The notes below the pieces were generated by a model. It was not told where the DNA came from. It saw nothing but the letters and a program-made list of their open reading frames with translations, and did not search any database. Source: Aplysia californica (Eukaryota). From it: 64,000 bases of DNA. The stretch covers positions 544,048-608,047 of the forward strand of contig NW_004797570.1 in the NCBI RefSeq assembly GCF_000002075.1, written 5' to 3'. This document shows, piece after piece, positions 63,860 through 64,000 of the stretch (its first letter is position 1; each line of letters opens with the position of its first letter). The translations under genes were made by a program, and so were the position numbers.

Positions 63860-64000
63860 GGCTAAGGGTGGGCCGACTCCGAGAACTTCCGAACTTTCGA
63901 CTCCGAACATTTTTGGGCGCGAATTCGTCGACTTCGACTCCGAATTCGAATTCAGGTCAAGATAGCAGCCAATCAAATTTGAGGAGAGGCAAGGTCAATT

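Overview
Eukaryotic, intron-rich invertebrate scaffold with N gaps. A mollusc/gastropod origin is inferred only from the repeat content. Two protein-coding genes lie tail-to-tail. (1) Pyruvate carboxylase (PC) on +: 21 coding exons from 8209 to 35531, all GT-AG with consistent phases, 3594 nt / 1197 aa by hand count, with a mitochondrial-type presequence and the AMKM biotinylation motif. (2) ZFPL1 on -: 6 coding exons from 52378 to 42493, 350 aa. The rest is introns, UTRs and mobile DNA: a 5'-truncated I-group LINE with TSD; a ~190-bp SINE family sharing that LINE's 3' tail; a second short interspersed family; and non-autonomous or fossil DNA transposons (Harbinger, pogo/Tigger, piggyBac, Merlin, mariner, Ginger-like, and a hAT-like element with a 6-bp TSD). 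The most striking observation is a SINE insertion whose TSD duplicated the acceptor of PC coding exon 4. This created a CAG|GTGAGT junction, a candidate newborn recursive splice site. Most ORFs in the supplied track are artefacts of gaps, microsatellites or antisense frames.
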